Position numbers and translations under genes: made by a program
Source: Microthyrium microscopicum
Taxonomy: Eukaryota
Reading direction: 5' to 3'
Assembly: GCA_010405405.1 (NCBI GenBank)
Contig: MU004232.1
Coordinates: forward strand, 825,481 to 889,480
DNA length: 64,000 bases
Part shown: in pieces, positions 12,435 to 24,216 of the stretch
Layout: each line of letters starts with the position of its first letter
How positions within the stretch are numbered: the first letter of the stretch is position 1
The notes under the pieces: generated by a model
The model's database searches: none
Seen by the model: only the letters and a program-made list of their open reading frames with translations
What the model was told of the DNA's origin: nothing

Positions 12435-13700
12435 ATGATGGCTTCAGAATCAGCCCCTGAACCAGTCGACGATGCCGCAAGTGCAAGTTTCTGGGGCATT
12501 CTAGTCAAAGGGGACGAGGAAATTACCAGTATTCCACTCAATCGACTCCTACTCTGTAAGTCCTCCTGTAAAGGTGTTAAATTAATCTAAGGGTTGAAGC
12601 AATCTATGACTTCCTTCGATGTACAACGAAGGAAGAACTTCCCACACTCGCTACATGTCGGGCACAATCGTACCTTAACACGGAAATGATAACTCGAATC
12701 TTGTCACTTTTGGGCAACGACGATCTCGCATGGATTGATATGAACCTCGAAAGCACTGATCCGAGACTATTCTACTCCTACTTCACTGAGTTTTACAAAG
12801 CTCACAAAATGAGACCAACTTTATTTTCAACTGCGCTAGAACCACCGGATAAGTACAAGGTAGTCGCCCAAGCTTCCTTCGCAGGAGGGGAGGGTGAATT
12901 GACCTTTGACAAAGGCGCTGAGATATTCAACGTGCGCAAGCCATTTTTCAGCAGGAAAGAGACCGATTGGTGGACGGGTTGGACGGGTGGACGTGAAGGC
13001 AAATTTCCTTGGTAGGTCCATACGATCACTAGATATGTTGCTATAACAAGAATAGATCCGCTGATGATGTATAGCAATATTGTGAAGCCTTTCCAGCCGT
13101 TGATCAATGTTCCCTGGTGTACTCGAGGCAACTTTGGGTACTGGTTATACAAATATATAGCCGCACGCCCAGATGAAATGCATGTCAAACTCAACACATT
13201 ATTGGGGAAGGAGGACTTTCAGTTCATTGATCCCTTTACAGATGAACCATGGACATTTCGCCAGATCCCTCGCTCTGCGTTTCCTGCAGAGCCTGTGCCT
13301 AACTTTGTTGACATCTTACATAACGACGAAAAGAGATGGCAAGATGCGTGTGAAGGCTTCAAGTCTGAAGCAGAGGGGAAAAGTGAGTTCTCTTAAATCA
13401 TCGAATACATTGGAGCATGTTGATATTTACTAAACAAATCCAGAACGAGCCAAGTCGGTACCACAATATTCGCAACTCAGTCTTGCTCTCGCAGAACCCA
13501 GTGCTCTCGATCGAACGAATCGAGCGAATCAGACAGCGATGCAGATGCTTGGTTTGACGCAAGCTCCTCAAACTCTGCGTTCCAACATCTTACCGCCACC
13601 AATAGTTGACCAAGTAGCGCTTGATACTGCCCGCTTGAATGCAGCTTCTGCTGATCTTGCGGCTGCACGCATGCGTTCCAGGGCAATAAGAGAGATGTAG
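12435..13700 (+). CDS. DUF7514-like protein with an internal SH3 domain (introns ~12556-12599, 13012-13074, 13383-13443; 3' end uncertain)
   Basis: Spliced product FWGILV...LNRLLLSIYDFL...GELTFDKGAEI...DWWTGWTGGREGKFPCNIV (SH3 signature)...GNFGYWL..IAARPDE...IPRSAFP. Confidence 0.65.
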
Positions 13701-13916
13701 CTCAAGATCATATGGAGACCATCACAAATTCAAACAGATGCTAACGTCAGATGTATGTTGATTGTATCTAGTCTAATAAGCCCAGTAAATTGGCCCAAGA
13801 TGATTACCAGTTTTGTTTTACGAATGCTATGCTGAACGCCTTCAAATGCCAAACAAGATCCGCCATTCGCTATGCAAAAAAGTCAAGCCAACCGGATGTC
13901 AACAATGATGCTATAA

Positions 13917-14873
13917 CTAAAGCAAGTTCCAGTATTGGCCCAGCTCGCTCAATCCTGATCCATCGCCATTGATCAAGTTGCCCTGATCCGCCGACCACCA
14001 AGCATATCTTTCAACAAAGTCTTGCTGGTTCATCCACTGACTCAATTCGCGCATCAAGTTCTTCTTCTGGTCGATTGGTGGGTTCGATCCAACTTGATGT
14101 GCAAACTCAGTCACCCAGACCTTTCGCGCCGGATCTCCTCCTGCCATGTATGCCCCCGTGATTGCGTTCTTGAACATCTGGATATCCGTTGGTGGACCAT
14201 ATGCATGCACAGGAATGAAATCAATCACACAGTCTGTGCAGAGCATGAGGAACCGTTGAAGCCATCGCACGCCCTTGTTTACTGCAGCAGGTGAATTGCT
14301 CACAGCTGGCGCACCAAGACGGGCGCGGCAGGCATATGGCAAAATATACTTGCGGTATAGCTCCACTGCTGTCTCCGGGGACATGTCTGAGCCACCGGCG
14401 TTAATGGGCATGTCTGGCTCGTTAAAGGCCAGAATTGCAAGATCCTCGCGTCCCTTCAACAGTCCATCGATATCTTGGTTCCAGGTATTGGTGATGTCTG
14501 GCTTGTTTGAGTGTATCATAGGCACGTAATCGATGTTTCCGTTGAGAGAGGCTGCATTTGGAGACCAGTACTTCGCCGCGTGATACCAATTATAGGCCCA
14601 TGAGATGCGGTTGAAGTAGTTGGCGTACCGGGTTTGATCGCGTGGATAGGAGACACCTTTTTTGGTAGAAAGCGACTTTTGTGGTAGATGGCAACCAAGG
14701 GCGGCGCGAATGTGAAATGCGGAGTTACTGGTCGTATTGGATAGTTCACGAGGCAATAAAGCGTCGAGGTCCACTTGGGAGTGAGTCTGCTTTGCTGATG
14801 TTGCAGTGACTGGCTGGGCCGCTGTCGTGGTTGCTTGGAGCAGCAAAGTTGAGAGTATTATGGGAAAAATCAT
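13917..14873 (-). CDS. Secreted glycoside hydrolase family 128 (Asl1-like beta-1,3-glucanase)
   Basis: Signal peptide, SWAYNW, YVPMIH, catalytic AFNEPD and WVTEFA, DFIPVHAY, VERYAWW. Confidence 0.9.
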   Translation of the reverse strand: MIFPIILSTLLLQATTTAAQPVTATSAKQTHSQVDLDALLPRELSNTTSNSAFHIRAALGCHLPQKSLSTKKGVSYPRDQTRYANYFNRISWAYNWYHAAKYWSPNAASLNGNIDYVPMIHSNKPDITNTWNQDIDGLLKGREDLAILAFNEPDMPINAGGSDMSPETAVELYRKYILPYACRARLGAPAVSNSPAAVNKGVRWLQRFLMLCTDCVIDFIPVHAYGPPTDIQMFKNAITGAYMAGGDPARKVWVTEFAHQVGSNPPIDQKKNLMRELSQWMNQQDFVERYAWWSADQGNLINGDGSGLSELGQYWNLL

Positions 14874-15480
14874 GATGTGTGAAAGAAGAAGAGCTCAATG
14901 TGGCAATGAATGGCGCGATGATCGCAGAGATATTCTGGGAATTATAAAGTGGTTGGAAAAAGGGGTTTATAGTTTTATATTTCTTTGTGCTGTGGAATGA
15001 TAATACCATAAACTGAGAGGCGGGAAAGTCACTATTTTATGTTTCTTCCAAATACTAGTGACTGCATGTAGTCGTGGTATGCTCCTACCTCAAAATAGAA
15101 GTTGCAAAATGATAATCGTGGATCATGCCGAGCATTCCTTCACTGTTCCTAGCGATCTGGGCGTTGGTGTTGAACTTGCCAGCCAGTCATTCAACCAAGA
15201 ACAACTAGAAGATCCACCAACGACTAACTACCAATCATACAGTTTAATGGGAGAAATCAGATTACCGCTTTCTCTACTCAATCGTCCGACTTTAAACATG
15301 TCGACAGAGACATTTCTTTCAATCTTCTGCCTACAGTATTCTCATATACAACAGTAAAGATAACACATGGGATAATCACAAACACTAATGTTAGGACCTA
15401 TCTAGTCTAGTTTGGGAGCAATCCTGCCTTCAATCGACCAAATCCGTCGTAAAATTGTTTGTATTTACAGTCGAACGAAA

Positions 15481-15510
15481 TCTGAGTTGTTCTGAGTTGT
15501 TCTGAGTTGT
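15481..15510. repeat. Tandem repeat (TCTGAGTTGT)x3
   Basis: Three perfect 10-bp units seen directly. Confidence 0.9.
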
Positions 15511-16713
15511 GTTGAGGGCACAGACTGATCTCCAAAATCCTACGCCTTGCGGTAGAGCACGAGATGATGAATTGAGAGGATTCTAATTCCATATTTAATT
15601 TATTCCTTCTAATAACTCTAATTCGGGATCGCTAGCTTAACGATCTACTGGGGATCTCATCTGGGGAAAAATATCTACTAAACGCAAAGAATAGTCGTCA
15701 GTGTCATTTAGCGATCAATAGGGAGATGAATCCTGTCCTGAGAGAACAATCCAGTTACAAGCCTACTTTTTGTCCGTTACTTGCACGTACAAGTAGTCTC
15801 TACAATCTACCTACTTCTATCTCTAGAACTGATGAAGAGTGTTGAATATGTAAACACATTAACATGATTAAAACATGGTTCCTGTTAAGACTTTGCCCCG
15901 AGCTTGAACTCCAGCGTGTTATATGAGCGAGGTTGCTGACACTCAGCGTTAAGTTTCAGAGCCAATCTTGTACTATAGATACAACAAACTCAGAAATGTT
16001 TTTTAAGATACAAAATAGCGTGCGAGTGAGGCCCTCGTTTGGATCAAATTTGTATGCTTGTTGGAATGATACGGGACTAGCCCTAATGGGCATTGATATT
16101 ACGACGACTTTGGTAATTCCAGCCTCTTGCAAGGCGACGGTTCAATTCCCTCTGGGAACACGACACGACACGATCCTCCGATCCCCCGATCCCCCGACCG
16201 AGATAAAAGCCACCGGGCTTTTCCTCATGATACACCTTCTACAATCGAGTAGGGGCTGTATCATGAGTTTTTGCTCTTTTTGTCGGTACTTGCTGACCTT
16301 GTTCTAGTGGTTCATGGGGGGTCAAGGCAAGCAAATATGGCCATGCAACGGCGGAAGAAAACTATGGGTTTGAATGGGTAGCGGTAGAAGTCACTTTTAG
16401 ACTCGATCAGGATGCCAGCTTTGAAGCGCTGATCTGAAATCGATAAATGTGGTAGGAGCTGGTGCAAGGTGTTCAAGTTCTTATTAGATTTTATCCTTTT
16501 TGGCGGTAATGCGCCCTCATAGATCATGGCACTAAGGAAAATCAATGTATAGACTGCTAAATATTTCAGACTGCTACTATGAGCAGATTGATATCTATAC
16601 TAGTCTGGGAGAAATGGAGACCTGCGAATCAGGTTGATAGAGTATTGATTCCATGAAAAGAAGTACCACAATGGTTTGATGGGATTCTTTCTCCTGCCAC
16701 ATCGCTTCCAGTT

Positions 16714-18908
16714 CTAATAGATGTAGACTTTTTGCTGAAGTTCTGCCTCCCTGAGTCCGTTTACTGCGCGAGAAAAGCAGTTCAGGTGGTCATTAGCGGG
16801 CAAGGTTGGGCGGACTCGCATAGTAAATATTCCGATTCTTGTCCACGATAAACGTATCCAGCGGGCTGGTGACCTTTGTGCTTCTTCGTCCGGTATCAAT
16901 ATCAACCCTTGAAAAGAATTGCCAATACTTCGAAGAAACAAACAATAAAATGCTGATCGCGGCCGAAGCAGGAGAGACTCATCGAAAAAGTAAGTTCCAG
17001 CAAGAGAAGAGAATTGCTTCCATCCCTTCTTGCCGTCACTTGAAGTGAAATGCAAATTCTCCAAGAAGATGGCGTTACTGGATGTCGAATCTGCCCTAGA
17101 ATATTGAAAAGACTCTTGATTGGCTGCGGATGTACGAAGCAATGGAGCGACCATAGTCATGTAGCCTTCTTTAATTTGACCGAATTTGTTGTTCTTGTCG
17201 GTGTAAATTATTTTGACGTCCAGCAGCGAAAGAAAATGCTCGTCTACCCGGTTAGGATATTCTTCGGAGTGATCTGAATGATCGATCTGACCTTCTCGTG
17301 AGGCCCAGCTCTAGTTTATACAGTCAGCCATCGCTTGACAACTAGGTTCTTCGAGTGGAAAACTGATACTTGCTTGAAGATTGGGAAGTGTTGACAAGGA
17401 ATTGGCTCACCCAAGATGGCGCTCGATACGGAGAGACGGTCCCACCCAACGGGCCACCAGTGAAGTGCCATAAGAGAGCGTCTATAGATCCTTTTTCCCC
17501 TTTCATGAACATTCCTGCTACATAAGGTATCTGAGTCTGATTGAACTGGCGTCTGGCGATGCCAGCTATCGCTGGTAATTTGTCTTCCCGATGTGTTATC
17601 GAAGATCTTGAGTAGGCTTTGACTATCTGCCACCATGCCTTCGCATCAGTGTGATGAATAGAAAATGGAGGCCGTTCGTCGAAATGCTTTGACTGAGATA
17701 CGAAACCGTTTGGAAAAGTCTCACAGGCTAGAACTTCGTCGCACTCCCAAATGAGTTGATTTCCACCGAAGTGAAGGGTTCTTGGCGAGAGTAAACGCTC
17801 TTGCTGAACCCATGCTCGATGGAGTAGTGGACAGGCCAATAGCTGCGTAAGATAATCTCGAGGGGTTATTGAGTAAAGTTCATTTTCTCGTGATCCCACC
17901 TTTTGAGATGGGTCAGTAGATTCGATGATGCAAGGTTTGACGGCATCAGGATCACGATAAACAAAGACTCCCGTCTCGGCATTATCGCCATGATCCGCGG
18001 ATATGTTAACTACGCCATTGGAGTAGATCACTGCCATTTCGCTTAGATGTCTTTGCCAATCTTCCATGGACCCTTGACCGGTTTGTAATATACACAAAGC
18101 ATCTACCCACAGAAGTTGAAACCCAAGATGTGTTGTAGTACGCATAGCTTCTCGGAAAGTTGGAGCAAGTGATGAGATTTTTATTCCAACCTTCAAAGCA
18201 TCGTAGTTCTGAGCTGTCAAGGTCAAATGTTTCGGATTTGATCCCCAACAGTAACTAAGCGTTGCGTAGCGGCCTTGATTGGCGGACACTGCTAGGTCAC
18301 TACTTTCGATTACACGAACCGAGTCGTTCTCTATTTGAAGAAGTCTAGGGGGATAGTAATCTGGTTGCTCATGGCTTGAGCATTTCGTATGATCAGACAA
18401 GCATTTTAACATCCAGAATCGGGCCCTGTCCAGTACTTTTGCTTCTCCAGTGTTGCTGCAGTTTAGGTTGTGTATGTTATTTTGATCTGTCATTCGGTTG
18501 CCAAATTTCGTTACTAGCCTTTCACCCGAAAAGATTTGTAGGAGACTACCTGTCCCATCTTCCAAACTCGGAGTAAGATAAAGATGTAGATGAGTACAGC
18601 ATAGCACTGGGGCAGCACACACCTATTGAAGCTCTGAATTCAAGCAGTGTAGAGTAGCCACGCCGCCTACCAAGGTATCGCAACCAGGAACCACTGCCCA
18701 GAGAATTGGTATAAACCTCGGGAAACTTCTTGCTTCTCATAGAATTCTGGAGCTGAGTACATATGCCACAACCTGCAGCAGCTGATACTAGAAGGCTCCT
18801 CGTCGTGCGGTGATGATCGCCTATTCTTTCGTACCATTGATGCTCAGCAAGATCTGCGAACATAGTCTTGCAGACTTGACATAAAGGTGCGATCGCATCA
18901 CCGTCCAT
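16714..18908 (-). CDS. HET (heterokaryon incompatibility) domain protein; 2 introns (first intron boundaries uncertain)
   Basis: N-terminal LCQVC...HH...GCGIC, YATLSYCWG, LWVDALCILQ, MAVIYSN, LHRAWVQQERLLSPRTLHF, DKLPAIAGIA, and RAPSW|SWAS across an intron. Confidence 0.88.
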
Positions 18909-19238
18909 AATGGGTGAAGTTGGATTGTTTGATGTCGGGCAATTAAGAGTTGCATCTCAGAGCTAAAAGATACCCCCGCATCAACGCAACCCCTTGTGCT
19001 GACGGTTAGCGCAGTATCCTTGTGAAGAATTAGGCGGCAGCATATTATTTCTAGGTTTTTATTCCTTAATCTTTAAAGCAAGAAGTTATCATCTTTCCAG
19101 TACCTATCAACCTGCAAAGATCAACAAATGTAGTCGAGGGCTCTGTATCATCCATCTAAGACCAAAAAAATATCGTGAGGTTATACCTCAGTTCACCCAG
19201 CACATCAATCATCATTCCGGTGTGAAACTGCGTAAATC

Positions 19239-19910
19239 ATGTCTTCAGAGTATGCCAACCAGAAACACTCATTCTTTTGCGACAGAGAACATATATTAAC
19301 CTTTTCTAGAAGCCCATTCCAAAGCCTCGGCCAAGGCGGTGTGACGTTGCGCCCAGCGACTCTGGATGATATTCCGGCAGCACTAAGACTTATGGACATC
19401 GCAGTCGATTGGCTTGTTAAGCGAGGGCAACCTGGACAATGGGGAACCGAAAAGCCTTCAGAAGATCCCGCCAGAGTTGAGCACGCAACACAATTCGTAG
19501 AATCCGGCGGCACCTGGATTGCGGTAGACAATACTGCATCGCCCAAGTCTGGAGAATCAGGCGAAGAGCTTTCGATAATAAACAGTGTTGTCGGCGTCTT
19601 GACAGTTGGTAAAGCGAATCCATACGTTGAGCCAGCGACCGACCCGGAGCTCTACATCAACTTTCTCATAACGGACCGCGCCTCTAGCGGCAAAAGCATC
19701 GGCACCCTTTTGTTGGATAAAGCGCGTGGACTGGCTCGTGAGGCAGGAGTGTCTCTGCTTCGAGTTGATTGTTATGCCGGTGGAAGTGGTGGATTGGTCC
19801 GGTATTACGAGTCCCAAGGTTTCGAGAAAACGGACGCTTTTGAGATTAAGGACTGGCCGGGCCAGATTCTCATACAAAGATTGAATATAGGGAACAAGTC
19901 TGGCGGCTAG
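19239..19910 (+). CDS. GNAT family N-acetyltransferase (probable in-frame 60-nt intron 19250-19309)
   Basis: LRPATLDD, ELYINFLITDR, acetyl-CoA loop SGKSIGTLLL, LRVDCYAGG..GLVRYYESQGF. GTATGC...TTAAC...CTAG intron signals near the start. Confidence 0.88.
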   Translation: MSSEYANQKHSFFCDREHILTFSRSPFQSLGQGGVTLRPATLDDIPAALRLMDIAVDWLVKRGQPGQWGTEKPSEDPARVEHATQFVESGGTWIAVDNTASPKSGESGEELSIINSVVGVLTVGKANPYVEPATDPELYINFLITDRASSGKSIGTLLLDKARGLAREAGVSLLRVDCYAGGSGGLVRYYESQGFEKTDAFEIKDWPGQILIQRLNIGNKSGG

Positions 19911-20541
19911 AAAGACTCATATCTGGGTTTGATGCAATTTGCCATCGTTGAGTGTACTCTATGAAGTAGATTGAAAGACTTCAAGTTGGAGGTCGAGGTT
20001 CCAGTTAAGGCTTTTCAGCCACCTCCTGGCCATCCATGATAGCCACATGGCGCAGCTATATGCCAAATTTATATCAGTAATGCGATATCCTTCATTTGAA
20101 ATCCTGCTACTAGAAAGGAACGAAGAAAACTCATTCAGAACCAACGGTGCTGAAAAGAGATCAGTCTACTTCATAACTGACAAGGTTAGCATGAAAGATC
20201 GCCTGGCACCTGCATACAGGCGCCGGTGAGAATGTAACACTGCCCCCACCTCGTCTTTTCACCTAGTACTGTGTTTACTTTACCTTAGATTTTGAAGTCC
20301 ATCATCTCAAGCGTACTTTTGCTTACTTTATCATGAGTTTGCTGTGAATAGATTTTCAGTGCGTCTAATTGGTCTCAAATCTGCATGCTTGGGTTGAGCA
20401 TTGAACGCTCATCATTCCGCGATCGGACGGGCCCAGCATCGCCATTCAGTGAAGCCAACAGTTATATCCTTATCGATATTCTATTCCAGGTTGTTTGAAA
20501 AAGGAGTCGTCATTTTTTCACTAGGTGGTTCGAAAGAGAAC

Positions 20542-22869
20542 ATGTTCGACAGCAAGGATCTCAAGGAGAGATTAGGCAAAATATCTGCAAAGACATTGTC
20601 CTCAGGGGGAAAGGAGTTATTTCGAACTCGCAATGAACGCAAGGTGAGCAAGTATGTTCTTTACTTCCCCTATAGTAGCTGATTATAAGTGCAGATAAAG
20701 TTCTCAGAAGAGTTTACCTACTCGCCACTGAGCGATTCACGATGCATACGACTTGTAAAGATCCACAAAGGAGCAGAGACAGATATTTTGTCGTGTGATC
20801 TCTGCGAAGCCAACCTTGAGAAAGAACCCATATTTCATGCTTTGTCATATTCATGGGATCTGGATCCTCATTTCAGTGCCTGGGACTTTGCCATGGTTCC
20901 TGACAAAAAGAAAGAGGAGAGGCCCATACTGTGCAACGGAAAGGTTTTACATATTACAATGAATCTTTACAACGCCATGTTAGAATTTCGCCGACAGGAA
21001 CGACTAGTACCTACCTGGGCTGATCAAATATCGATAAATCAACATGACGAAGAGGAGAAGATTGCGCAGTTGTCAATCATGGCGGACATATTTAGCTCAG
21101 CTAGCACGGTCATTGTTTGGCTTGGACTCTTGAATTCGGTGCGAAACAACGCTTTGGATTTCATGGAAGAGCTGCCAGAGACCAAATTGCCAGATACACT
21201 GGGAACCCTGGAGCAGAACCCGTTGAGTGGCCCGGAGAACATGGGGAAATTTGATCTCAAGAGTCTACGACGACCTTTACATCTCATAACAACAGCCTCC
21301 AGCTCGGTGGGAAATCATTATCATTGGTTTGGCGCAGTGTACGTCCTTGCGCGCCAATGGTTCTCAAGAGGCTGGACTCTGCAGGAATTTCTCCTGTCAA
21401 AAGAGGTTGTATTTCTCATGGGCAATCGAGAGATATCTTCAGCTGCCATCATCAAAACAGCAAGACAATTGTGCGGATTCTATTCCTCCGATCCCTTGTC
21501 AATACAGGTAGGCCTCAACGTTACGATGATAAGTTTGCGCAGGTTTATCGAAGGGAGAGCTAAGATGTTTGAAGAGCGCGAAAAGTTCCAGAACGGGAAG
21601 CGGTATACGGCCGAAGAATATCTAGGAGTCGTAAGAGCTAGGAAATGCAGCGTTAGGAAGGATAAAGTGTTTGCAGGCACCGCACTACTGGAACCTGGCA
21701 AGTCGCTCAAGGCAAATTACCATTCTACGACTCTCGAGGTTTATATTTCGTTTGCCCATGAACGACTTTGGCCTGAAACTGGTGTCTTTATGCTCTCTCT
21801 TGTCGGTGGTACTATGCCGGATACGGAAGGTTTACCATCCTGGATACCAGATCTGAACGGTTTTCTTCGTCCAGAACCACTGCGATATTGTAGTGCGACA
21901 AAGGTTGTACCATTGATATCTTCTCGGACCGATGACTGCTTGGTCGATGGCAGAACATTAAACCTTATGGTAGCGCAATGGGATGTTGTTGAAGAGGTTG
22001 GCGAATCAATTTGGAGCTGGACAAAATATGACGATGAGGCTTACAACGCCGACCCAATTGCCAAAATGCGCACATCAGGCTCCGTACAAAGAGAGCGATT
22101 CGGTCTGATGTTCAAGCTTCTCGAGCAGTTGGGTCCTATTTATAGTCACACAGGCGAGCGCATCACGGACGTATTCTGGCAAACTTTGATCGGCGGCATC
22201 GAAACTACGAACGAGGAAGACTTTGCACTCTGGCGAACACGATTCCAAAACTGGTTTGCTTTCACGCTTGGCCAAATGCGTGCCAACTTCTATCTGGAGA
22301 AAACGCATTCTGGGAATAAGCTGATGACCGCGTCGGCGCCCAAGAAATGGATGACACCCCTGATTGCTGAATGGACACAAATGGAAAACCGAGTGGCCGC
22401 TTTCTTGGATTTTCACGACCAAAACATCGGAAATGTTGCCGTTCCTGCTGAACAGCCACTTCGGAAGACTATTTCTGCTATCGCAAAGCGAGTCTGGGGA
22501 ACCGACAGCTTTGAGAAAACAGGCATTTTACAAGGCTCTCAAGGTTCTATGGCTGGAATGTACTCGACGGTAGCAGATCAGGAATTCTATGGACCTATCA
22601 GTCTCTTCGGCGACCGCTTCGTCAAATTCTACGATGGAAGGAGAATCTTCGTGACCAAGAACGGGTACCTTGGTGCTGGAATTGAGGATGTGAAAGCAGG
22701 CGATGTGATATGCCTCGTTCGTGGTTCAGACGTCCCATATATACTGAGACCAAGTGAAACGTCCGAGGATAGCTACACGTTGGTCGGCGAGGCATTTTTC
22801 CATGGTATCATGAGTGATGCAACTATAAAGGAGGATGTACTTGACTTCAAGAAGGTCAAAATAATTTAA
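20542..22869 (+). CDS. HET-6-like HET domain protein (intron 20644-20694)
   Basis: YSPL...IRLV, FHALSYSW, WADQISINQ, MADIFSSASTVIVWLG, WFSRGWTLQE, DKVFA, LPSWIPD, and C-terminal GRRIFVTKNGYLG...GDVICLVRG..VPYILR...LVGEAFFHGIM. Confidence 0.92.
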
Positions 22870-22935
22870 TGCTGCCATGTTTGGTCTCTGCTCGTACAAG
22901 AATCTCCACAGGTCGCTTCTTCTACTTCTCTTCGC

Positions 22936-24216
22936 TCAAAGCTCTATATGATTTGCTTCCGTGCCAACCTTTTTGTGCACAGGCGTAATCCAGCCTTGCA
23001 ATTCACCGTCACTCGCGTCCTTCACCGAAACGTTTTTCGGCACCTTCACATCAAGCTCCACAAAGTACGGTCTCCGATGGCTACCAACAAATTTATCCGT
23101 ACCCTTCTTGAGCGGTGCATCACCAGGGTCGAATCCAGCAAAAGTCGCCACCCATCCGCCATTGGGACCAATCTGAGCAACAGTAGGCACCCCAGGCGCC
23201 AGAACTTGATCGCCCACATAGCGCCAACCATCATGCTGTACCTCAGATTGAAGGAGGTAGTACACTTCTTTCGGACCCTTACTTTTCCACAGATTGTGTG
23301 GATTGTCCTTCATTACCTTACGGTACGGCTTGCCATTGGTAGGCAGGAATGTATCCGAGTAGGCAATTCCCATTTTATAAGTTGGATGATTGTATGCGCC
23401 GACTGAGTATGCCATTACGAATTTTCCAGCGATAGCACGGATGTTGCCGGTTTCAATGAGCTTGAAATGGGGACTGCCGACATAGTTCTCCGAGTTGAGA
23501 TGTTTGTCTGGCAGAAGTAACATAATGGGCTTGCTGCCTGCTTTCTTGGTGGTAGGATTATCCAATCGCCATGCGAATACGCCGTCGCGTTTAGGTTTCT
23601 TGGAGTGTTGTTTTTGGTACACGAGGTAGAGCTCGCCATCCGGTGTCTGGAAGTACTTGCCATCGTAATTGGCAGGGACATTCTTTGCAAAGGATCCGAC
23701 GAGAACCTGATCTCCGATCCAAGACTTTGGAGGTGAGTCGACTTTAGTGTCATGTTCTGGGTGTGCGTGGACAATGACACTCCAGCCCGATATGCCGGAA
23801 CAGTTGTTGTTGTCTTGCACGTGTAGAGTTACTATAGCATCCCATGATCGTTTGCCGTCTTTTGTACGTTGGAATGGATGAATACCGGCGGCACCACAGA
23901 TAGTTGTACCAGAGTGCTTTGCTGTTTGGTTGAGGTGGTGATTGCTGATATACTTGTTCTCCAACGACGAAGCACATCCTGGCTGCAGAAAGTCATCACA
24001 TTCGAGATATTTATGCGTGGTTCCTGAAATGTAGACTTCCTTACTCTTATGGTAAGGTACGTGATAGGGATCTGAAAAATACCTGGCAGTACCACCATTA
24101 CTGAAGTTTGTCAGGGGGTATATGGGGATCTTGGCCTGGGCATTCGACCAAGACACACAGAAGATAATAGCAATGAATAACGTCAACATAATGATGCAAC
24201 GAGAAGAACATATCAA
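22936..24216 (-). CDS. Secreted beta-propeller glycoside hydrolase, GH43-like; intronless (start may be Met at ~24189)
   Basis: Signal peptide; FSDPY, NYDGKYF..PDGELYLVY, LIETGNI...GKFVMAYSVGAY..PTYKMGIAYS, LAPG motifs reminiscent of five-bladed propeller GH43/clan F enzymes. Confidence 0.6.
   Translation of the reverse strand: MICSSRCIIMLTLFIAIIFCVSWSNAQAKIPIYPLTNFSNGGTARYFSDPYHVPYHKSKEVYISGTTHKYLECDDFLQPGCASSLENKYISNHHLNQTAKHSGTTICGAAGIHPFQRTKDGKRSWDAIVTLHVQDNNNCSGISGWSVIVHAHPEHDTKVDSPPKSWIGDQVLVGSFAKNVPANYDGKYFQTPDGELYLVYQKQHSKKPKRDGVFAWRLDNPTTKKAGSKPIMLLLPDKHLNSENYVGSPHFKLIETGNIRAIAGKFVMAYSVGAYNHPTYKMGIAYSDTFLPTNGKPYRKVMKDNPHNLWKSKGPKEVYYLLQSEVQHDGWRYVGDQVLAPGVPTVAQIGPNGGWVATFAGFDPGDAPLKKGTDKFVGSHRRPYFVELDVKVPKNVSVKDASDGELQGWITPVHKKVGTEANHIEL

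Noticed and set aside
18546..18622. Apparent frameshift between the two 5' ORFs of the HET gene
   Set aside because: A phase-1 intron starting GTGTGT with a downstream CAG acceptor restores the frame, so it is not called a pseudogene.
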